Shown here in pieces: positions 58,487 to 64,000 of a stretch of 64,000 nt of DNA; the stretch's first letter is position 1, and each line of letters starts with the position of its first letter. The notes below the pieces were generated by a model. The model ran no database searches, had not been told where the DNA came from, and worked only from the letters and a program-made list of their open reading frames with translations. This stretch comes from Alphaproteobacteria bacterium (GTDB lineage Bacteria; Pseudomonadota; Alphaproteobacteria; Rickettsiales; SXRF01). The position numbers and the translations under genes are program-made. The stretch is taken from contig JAGVLW010000053.1 in the NCBI GenBank assembly GCA_020054105.1, positions 4,698-68,697 on the forward strand, in the 5' to 3' direction.

Positions 58487-58503
58487 TAACGAATTGTTCG
58501 TTA
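58487..58503. promoter_or_regulatory. 7-3-7 palindrome in the pilin/fur divergent intergenic region
   Basis: TAACGAA-TTG-TTCGTTA, in an AT-rich spacer between 58441 and the fur start. Confidence 0.3.
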
Positions 58504-58541
58504 ACAAATCATTGTTAAAGAACAAATAATATCTGCATAAA

Positions 58542-59021
58542 GTGCAGAACTTGCCTTCGCATGATTTATGTGTAAAGTGTATCAAATTGAGTGTGACGGA
58601 GGTCTATTTGCCAAACGAATTGACGCGCATAGAGGCCAAATGTGCGGAAAAAGGCCTGAAGATGACCGAGCAGCGCCGCGTGATAGCAAGAGTGCTGGCG
58701 GAATCGCGCGATCATCCCGATGTCGATATGCTGCATCAGCGGTCAGCCGCCATCGATCCTAATATCAGTATTGCCACGGTGTACCGTACGGTGAAGTTAT
58801 TCGAAGAGCTCGGGATCACCCAAAAACACGATTTCGGCGACGGGCGCTCGCGCTACGAAGAGGCCACCAGCAGCCATCACGACCATTTGATCGATCTTAG
58901 AACCGGTAAAGTCATAGAATTCTCTAACGATGAGATAGAGCGCCTGCAAAAAGAAATTGCCAAAAAGCTTGGCTACAAGCTGGTAGACCACCGCCTGGAA
59001 CTTTACGCCGTGCCATTATAA
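58542..59021 (+). CDS. fur: Fur-family metalloregulator
   Basis: GLKMTEQRRVIARVLAESRDHPDVDMLHQR...ISIATVYRTVKLFEELGI...HHDHLIDLRTGKVIEF. The likely true start is the TTG at 58608, 5 nt after GGAGG. Confidence 0.85.
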   Translation: MQNLPSHDLCVKCIKLSVTEVYLPNELTRIEAKCAEKGLKMTEQRRVIARVLAESRDHPDVDMLHQRSAAIDPNISIATVYRTVKLFEELGITQKHDFGDGRSRYEEATSSHHDHLIDLRTGKVIEFSNDEIERLQKEIAKKLGYKLVDHRLELYAVPL

Positions 59022-59054
59022 ACTACTTTAACGAAGCGTACGCATAGGAATGGT

Positions 59055-59909
59055 ATGCAGCAAACACAGGTTATGTATCAATCAACGCCAAATTTCACCA
59101 AGCTTTCTTCTTTATATAATCTTGGCGACCTGAAAGCGGGAAGCCTCGAAGTGTTTATTGCCAACCGGCCGGAGGATATTGCCGCCGCCCAGGAATTGCG
59201 CTACCGCGTGTTTTTCGAGGAAATGGGCGCGCCGGCCGTTGGCGAGATTGCCAGGACCAAGCGCGATTTCGACATGTTCGACCAGGTGTGCGACCATCTT
59301 TTGGTGGTTGAGCACCAGCTGGATGGCAGTTATTTGGTGGTCGGAACTTACCGGCTGCTGCGCCGGGACGCGATGAAGGCGGTAGGAAGGTTTTATACCG
59401 ACGGCGAATATGATATTTCCCTAATTAAAAATTATAGCGGCGAGATTATGGAAGTAGGCCGCTCATGCGTGGCCTCCGAATATCGTAATCGCGCCGTGTT
59501 GCAGCTTTTGTGGCGCGGCATCGGCGCCTATGTCGCCAAGTTCGAGATCAAGCTGCTTTTCGGCTGCGCCAGCTTTCATGGCATTGACCCAAAGGCGCAT
59601 AGCCTCCCTTTGTCGTATTTGCATCATTATCATCTTGCTCCGCCGGAATTGCGCGCGCGTGCGCTTCCCGATCGTTATGTGGAAATGAATTTAATGCCAA
59701 AAGACCAGATAGATGTGAAAAAAGCGTTTTCGATGCTGCCGGCGCTTATCAAAGGATATCTGCGCTTAAACGGTTATGTCGGCGCCGGAGCGGTGGTCGA
59801 TCCCGAGTATAATACCACGGACGTAAACATCGTCGTCAATACCGACCTGATTACCGAGAAATACGCCCAACGCTATAGTAAAGATTATCTTGGAAAAGAT
59901 ACAAATTAA
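59055..59909 (+). CDS. GNAT-family N-acyltransferase (OlsB/ornithine-lipid-type, hemolysin-like)
   Basis: AQELRYRVFFEEMGA...DMFDQVCDHLLV...VVGTYRLL...EVGRSCV pattern of the Acetyltransf_5/OlsB family. Confidence 0.7.
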   Translation: MQQTQVMYQSTPNFTKLSSLYNLGDLKAGSLEVFIANRPEDIAAAQELRYRVFFEEMGAPAVGEIARTKRDFDMFDQVCDHLLVVEHQLDGSYLVVGTYRLLRRDAMKAVGRFYTDGEYDISLIKNYSGEIMEVGRSCVASEYRNRAVLQLLWRGIGAYVAKFEIKLLFGCASFHGIDPKAHSLPLSYLHHYHLAPPELRARALPDRYVEMNLMPKDQIDVKKAFSMLPALIKGYLRLNGYVGAGAVVDPEYNTTDVNIVVNTDLITEKYAQRYSKDYLGKDTN

Positions 59910-59912
59910 CGA

Positions 59913-60209
59913 TCAGAACCGCGCGCTGCTAGTCGTTTCACTGTAGCTTAAATCGAAGCTATAGCGCGCTTTTAGAATCGCTCTGAGCGTGTCGCTGGGC
60001 TCGTTTTCCCGGCTGTGATATAAAACTTTTCCGTACTGTTTCGGGCTGTTGAACCCTTTAAATTGTCGGAGCAATTCCTGCAATTTTTTTAGCGTGCAGA
60101 GCATCACCGAATGCCCGCCGCGACCCTGGTGATCTTGATAAAAAATCAGGTAGAGAGGCATCTCTCCACAGCGAATATAGCTCGTTAAAAAATAACGGTT
60201 TTTATGCAT
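59913..60209 (-). CDS. hypothetical protein
   Basis: 98 aa, AT-rich, no motif. Confidence 0.3.
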   Translation of the reverse strand: MHKNRYFLTSYIRCGEMPLYLIFYQDHQGRGGHSVMLCTLKKLQELLRQFKGFNSPKQYGKVLYHSRENEPSDTLRAILKARYSFDLSYSETTSSARF

Positions 60210-60311
60210 AATTTTATCTATTTATCAATATTATACCATTATAGTACACCATAATTAACAGATGATTAATGCGTCTGTGGTAGTATGTAAAATATACGGT
60301 TGGAGGATTGC

Positions 60312-60731
60312 ATGGTTTCACCGGTCAATATCGCTGTTTCTGGATTGGTTGCTGCTAGCACGCGCTTGGCGGTAAGCGCGAACAATATCGCTAACCAAGC
60401 GAGTACGCAGGCGCGCGTCGATGGAAAGGTGGTCGATAGGCCATTCGTACCGCAAGTGGTCGACCAGGTTTCGCTGTCGACCGGCGGCGTGCAGGCAATC
60501 GTTCGCGATGCTAAGTCGTCAGATGTCAAGCCCGATGCCAAACCGGATGATGAGGTGGATGATAAACCGCCGCTACAGGTGCAGCCTGAAGGTTTCGCGG
60601 AGGCACGCAATGTAGACGTCGCTAAGGAATTGATCGCGCAGAAAATCGCCGCGTACGATTATGAAGCCAATTTGAAAACCCTCAAAATCAATGACAGGCT
60701 GCAAAAAAGCCTTCTGGATATTCTTGCATAA
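60312..60731 (+). CDS. FlgB/FlgC-like flagellar rod-family paralogue
   Basis: ATG at 60312 after a GGAGG RBS. N-terminal rod motif AVSGLVAASTRLAVSANNIANQAST, C-terminus VDVAKELIAQKIAAYDYEANLKTLK, and an acidic Pro/Lys-rich middle. Confidence 0.6.
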   Translation: MVSPVNIAVSGLVAASTRLAVSANNIANQASTQARVDGKVVDRPFVPQVVDQVSLSTGGVQAIVRDAKSSDVKPDAKPDDEVDDKPPLQVQPEGFAEARNVDVAKELIAQKIAAYDYEANLKTLKINDRLQKSLLDILA

Positions 60732-60774
60732 GCACGCAGCTGCTTTCATCGTAAGTTAAGGATTATATGCAACG

Positions 60775-61275
60775 ATGCATCGCCCTTATGGCAGCTCCGT
60801 AGCGGATAATAATACAGGCAACCTATCGATGACCAGTGAGCTACACCACCGTTCGCACGAACAGCTTATGCAGTATTGGAATACACTGCGCGGTGGGCAC
60901 GATTTTCCCCAAGAAAGTGATGTTGATCCCGATGCCATAGCAGAAATCTGGCCATCGTGCTTCTTGATCAGTATTGATGACGTTACCCGCAAGGTCGGCT
61001 ATCGCTATAGCTATCTGGGCGATCAACTGATCGAAGCCTACGGCGATGACGTTACAAATCCCGATGTCGCCCTCACGTCGATTTCCACCTCCAGTATTCC
61101 GATCGTCCAGAAGCTCGATGAGGTGCTGAAAACCAAGAAACCGGTGTTCGATGAGTCCGATTTCATCAATTTAAAGGGCCTGCATGTGAAATATCGTACC
61201 TGCATGCTGCCGCTTGGCTTCGATGACGGCCAAATATCCCATATTATGGGATGTATGCGCTGGCGGCTTTATTAG
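60775..61275 (+). CDS. PAS_5-type (alphaproteobacterial PAS-like) domain protein
   Basis: QLMQYWNTLRGGHDFPQESDVDPDAIAEIWPSCFLISID...YRYSYLGDQL...YRTCMLPL resembles the PF07310-type pattern. Confidence 0.55.
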   Translation: MHRPYGSSVADNNTGNLSMTSELHHRSHEQLMQYWNTLRGGHDFPQESDVDPDAIAEIWPSCFLISIDDVTRKVGYRYSYLGDQLIEAYGDDVTNPDVALTSISTSSIPIVQKLDEVLKTKKPVFDESDFINLKGLHVKYRTCMLPLGFDDGQISHIMGCMRWRLY

Positions 61276-61413
61276 TTTATCCGGAAATTCTACTATGCCG
61301 GAGCAAACGCTTCGTTTTCTGCGCTTCCGCTGCTCATGTACTCGAACGTACACTGTGCTGCGGTTCTCGAAAACTTTGCTTTTTGCCTCGGCCTAGCGAA
61401 TTTCCGGATAAAC
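61275..61413. repeat. 139-bp unit bounded by 16-bp perfect terminal inverted repeats (MITE-like or long hairpin)
   Basis: GTTTATCCGGAAATTC (61275-90) and GAATTTCCGGATAAAC (61398-413). Confidence 0.45.
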
Positions 61414-61486
61414 TTTAAAGATGAATTAAATAATAAACCAGAAATTAATAATTCCCATGTCATAATGGAAACATACGTTGGAGCCT

Positions 61487-61846
61487 ATGACCAGTACCAC
61501 CTCGCATAGTATTTTTGAAAGCCTGCCGTTGCCCCGCAAGGATGTACCGCAGGCCGAAATCAGCAATTACCGGGTCTATAGCGATAGCAAGAATTTTGTC
61601 ATGATTACGGCACTTAGTGCGCTGGAGGCGTTGCAATCGAGCGCCATCAGCAGCCCCTACAAAATTCAACGCGATTCGCTGGACCTGACAAAAGTATTCG
61701 ACCCAAAAGCATGGTTCAATGCTGCCGGCGAGGGCAAGCCGCTTCCTTCAGACCCCCAAGCGCCGGCGGAAAATGCTGCCACGGCAGCATCCACAGACCC
61801 CGCTGCCATGACCGAACAGTCGCCTCCCGCCGCAACTCCTACCTAG
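61487..61846 (+). CDS. hypothetical protein with a Pro/Ala-rich tail
   Basis: ATG at 61487 after TGGAG. No motif. Confidence 0.4.
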   Translation: MTSTTSHSIFESLPLPRKDVPQAEISNYRVYSDSKNFVMITALSALEALQSSAISSPYKIQRDSLDLTKVFDPKAWFNAAGEGKPLPSDPQAPAENAATAASTDPAAMTEQSPPAATPT

Positions 61847-62760
61847 AACTGTGCAGCTATATAAGGCGTACAGATAAAATAATTAGCAGTCGCCATTTCA
61901 ATGTTATAGACTGGTTGGGATAACGGCGCCGCCGCTGTTCCATCATTGATACATGCCCTGGCAATACCGTCGCTGGTGCGAAAATCGCCGTGACTTATAT
62001 CATGGCAGGATTGACCGTTTGTTCCATTCCAGCCGCATTGATTGACCGTATTGGTGCCACCATCGGCACGCCAGACGGTCTGGGCGACGCCGCTTGTCGG
62101 AAAGCCATCATCGATCTTGCTGTCGAGCATATATGCTTCCATGGGTAGGTAAGTGCCGTTAATTCGCGGCCGGGTTGCCGTCGTGAGCATCCAAGCATGA
62201 CTGCTTGCTGTATTTAATGTGTCATTGGCGCTGGTGGAAACGATCCACATACCGCCGGTTGTATTGAAATTACCGTCGCTATTATCATTCTGATTTCCAG
62301 GCGTCGGAAACATCAGGGCAGGGGAATTCTTTCCTGCCACATCGCCCAACGGATACACGCGCTCAATCAGGTTTGTCCTGCCCAGGTGCTGCCAAAAATT
62401 GCGTGGTTCCATGCCGCTGAACGAGGTAACGAAAGGCGCTCCGAACAAATCACCCCTATCGATGATGCCGTTGCCGTCGCCGTCATCGCCGGCGCCAAAG
62501 GCAGTGCCGAAACCGAGCTCCACGGCATCCGGGCAGTCTCCGGGCAGGCAGTCGTATTTTCCCTTGAACGTATTGACAGTGATGTTGAGCTTTTCGATTT
62601 GGCTGATCTGGCTGCGCAGCTGGGCAAGCTTTATCAGGTCTTTACCGAGAATGAGCGCCCCGGATAACAAGCCGATAACCAGCAGCACCATAGATAATTC
62701 GAGAAGAGTGAAACCTTTGCGTCGCGATACAATATCGGGAAAAACAAAAACTATCCTCAT
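61843..62760 (-). CDS. prepilin-type protein, paralogue 4
   Basis: ...SRRKG|FTLLELSMVLLVIGLLSG, then FKGKYDCLPGDC, DDGDGNGIID and DSKIDDGFPTSG. Confidence 0.75.
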   Translation of the reverse strand: MRIVFVFPDIVSRRKGFTLLELSMVLLVIGLLSGALILGKDLIKLAQLRSQISQIEKLNITVNTFKGKYDCLPGDCPDAVELGFGTAFGAGDDGDGNGIIDRGDLFGAPFVTSFSGMEPRNFWQHLGRTNLIERVYPLGDVAGKNSPALMFPTPGNQNDNSDGNFNTTGGMWIVSTSANDTLNTASSHAWMLTTATRPRINGTYLPMEAYMLDSKIDDGFPTSGVAQTVWRADGGTNTVNQCGWNGTNGQSCHDISHGDFRTSDGIARACINDGTAAAPLSQPVYNIEMATANYFICTPYIAAQF

Positions 62761-62808
62761 CCAGAGACAAAACCATATCTCCGTTAAGTTTTGCTTAAAC
62801 TGCGCTAT

Positions 62809-63627
62809 TTATTGCCGGAACGGCCATAATATTTGTCCAAAGAACGTCTTAGGAATATTGCTTCCCGGTACTCCGTAGCGTGCGGGCAATGTGTTATCCG
62901 GCATGTAAAAAGTGCCAAAAACAATGTCGAGCAGAGGAAAGGTCGGCGCAAAATTCTTGTCCATCCCCTCTTCTTGGGAAGTATGGTGCCAGCGATGAAA
63001 AACCGGGCTGGCAAAAATGTATTTAAAGGGGCCGAATGTCCAATTGAGGTTGGCGTGCACCATCGAGGAATAGATCGTGTTGAAGCCGGCCATCAGGGCA
63101 ACGGCTTCGGGCGAAAAACCCACCAGCAACATCAATGTGTCCACCAGCGTGAAGGAAAGCCACAGGTTTACAGGGTGAAAACGAAAGGTGGATAGCCAAT
63201 CCACATGCTCGGAGGAATGGTGGATGGCGTGAAAGCGCCACATGCTCCGCCCATGAAACCAACGGTGCGTCCAGTACAGGATAAAATCGGATACGATAAA
63301 CACGATCGATGCTTGCAGCCATAGCGGCAATTGTCCCAGCGGCCCAAAGCCGTTTTCGAGATAGCTGCGAATGGTCTCCGGCGAATCGCCATAAAAAATC
63401 GCCGATGCGCCGATTACTATGAAGGCAATGCGTATAAAGCGCGTGAAAAGCGGCAGGATCAATCCGTAAAGAGCATCCGTTACGAGGCCTTTATGAAAAA
63501 TTGGTTGTGTCGGATTGCATGGGGTTAGCTTGCTTAATGGTACAAAAAGGCAAAATAACAATACAAGCCAGAGCAGAAAGCCCTGCCAGGTGGTTACCAT
63601 AATGTAGAAAAGCTGCTCAATATCCAT
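62809..63627 (-). CDS. fatty-acid hydroxylase / sterol-desaturase-family membrane protein
   Basis: Histidine boxes HRWFH, HAIHHS and HRWHH. I prefer the ATG at 63627 over the TTG track start at 63684. Confidence 0.8.
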   Translation of the reverse strand: MDIEQLFYIMVTTWQGFLLWLVLLFCLFVPLSKLTPCNPTQPIFHKGLVTDALYGLILPLFTRFIRIAFIVIGASAIFYGDSPETIRSYLENGFGPLGQLPLWLQASIVFIVSDFILYWTHRWFHGRSMWRFHAIHHSSEHVDWLSTFRFHPVNLWLSFTLVDTLMLLVGFSPEAVALMAGFNTIYSSMVHANLNWTFGPFKYIFASPVFHRWHHTSQEEGMDKNFAPTFPLLDIVFGTFYMPDNTLPARYGVPGSNIPKTFFGQILWPFRQ

Positions 63628-63755
63628 TTTCGTTCCAAATCCACACTGTCCACAGTGTGCTTCCGAAGTCTTTATAGGTATCAATTATATAGTATTTTTT
63701 AATAGTGGTTTAGAGAAATTTTCTGCTTTGGTCTGCGCGACGAATCGCCGACAGC

Positions 63756-63787
63756 AAAAAGCCCGCCTTGTAAACAAGGCGGGCTTT
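63756..63787 (-). terminator. rho-independent terminator of flp
   Basis: On the minus strand: AAAGCCCGCCTTGTTTACAAGGCGGGCTTTTT. Confidence 0.6.
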
Positions 63788-63818
63788 GCTGAACCCGTTT
63801 AGAATGGGGCTCAAGTAA

Positions 63819-63989
63819 TTAGCGAGCGTTGGTCAAGCTGGTGCTTACGTTGTTGAAGGTCGTCGAGAGCGGGGTGCCCAGGGCGCCCATTGCAGTTATA
63901 GCAGCTACGGAAATCAACGCGGCGATCAAACCGTACTCAATAGCGGTTGCGCCTTCTTCATTCTTGAATAAACGAATCATGGTTTTCAT
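63819..63989 (-). CDS. flp: Flp-family type IVb pilin
   Basis: Below the track cutoff. My translation is MKTMIRLFKNEEGATAIEYGLIAALISVAAITAMGALGTPLSTTFNNVSTSLTNAR, with the Flp motif G|ATAIEYGLI. AGGAG RBS. Confidence 0.85.
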   Translation of the reverse strand: MKTMIRLFKNEEGATAIEYGLIAALISVAAITAMGALGTPLSTTFNNVSTSLTNAR

Positions 63990-64000
63990 GGGGAACTCCT

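Overview
This 64-kb window is a chromosomal segment of moderately high GC. Gene content and synteny look alphaproteobacterial, but the taxon cannot be proven from this window. All protein calls rest on my own reading of the ORF translations and motifs; no database search was possible.

Layout:
(1) 1-22.3 kb is housekeeping: pssA-psd, alaS, recA, and a PAS-sensor plus hybrid-kinase pair. It also holds a split flagellar rod/export cluster, with flhB-fliR-fliQ-fliE-flgC-flgB diverging from csrA, a stand-alone FlhB C-terminal-domain gene, an unknown orf, and fliO-fliP. Further genes are LMW-PTP, sbp, ogt, dctA, an ABC-F ATPase and an outer-membrane beta-barrel protein.
(2) 22,345-43,414 is a ~21-kb integrative island inserted in the 3' end of tRNA-Arg(UCU). 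It is bounded by a perfect 19-bp direct repeat. Its cargo is:
- an AbiEi/AbiEii pair;
- an arsR-arsI-arsC-acr3 operon with two lower-GC nuclease-like genes (T5orf172/GIY-YIG-like and HNH) spliced in by start/stop overlaps;
- a type I Zorya-like operon zorABCD, whose zorC carries one in-frame TAG, plus a tightly coupled fifth membrane gene;
- a maintenance module of an AlpA-like excisionase, a PrimPol-DUF3987 protein and a large serine recombinase whose ORF reads into the tRNA.
(3) 43.4-64 kb holds tRNA-Val, a low-GC islet, and housekeeping genes (ispH, zapE, panC, pyrE, SDR, folB-like, infC, thrS, nadC, fur, olsB-like). These are interspersed with five prepilin-type proteins: four clear paralogues and a 692-aa pilin fused to beta-propeller-like repeats. 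An extra FlgC-like rod paralogue and an Flp pilin are also present.

No rRNA or CRISPR array was seen.
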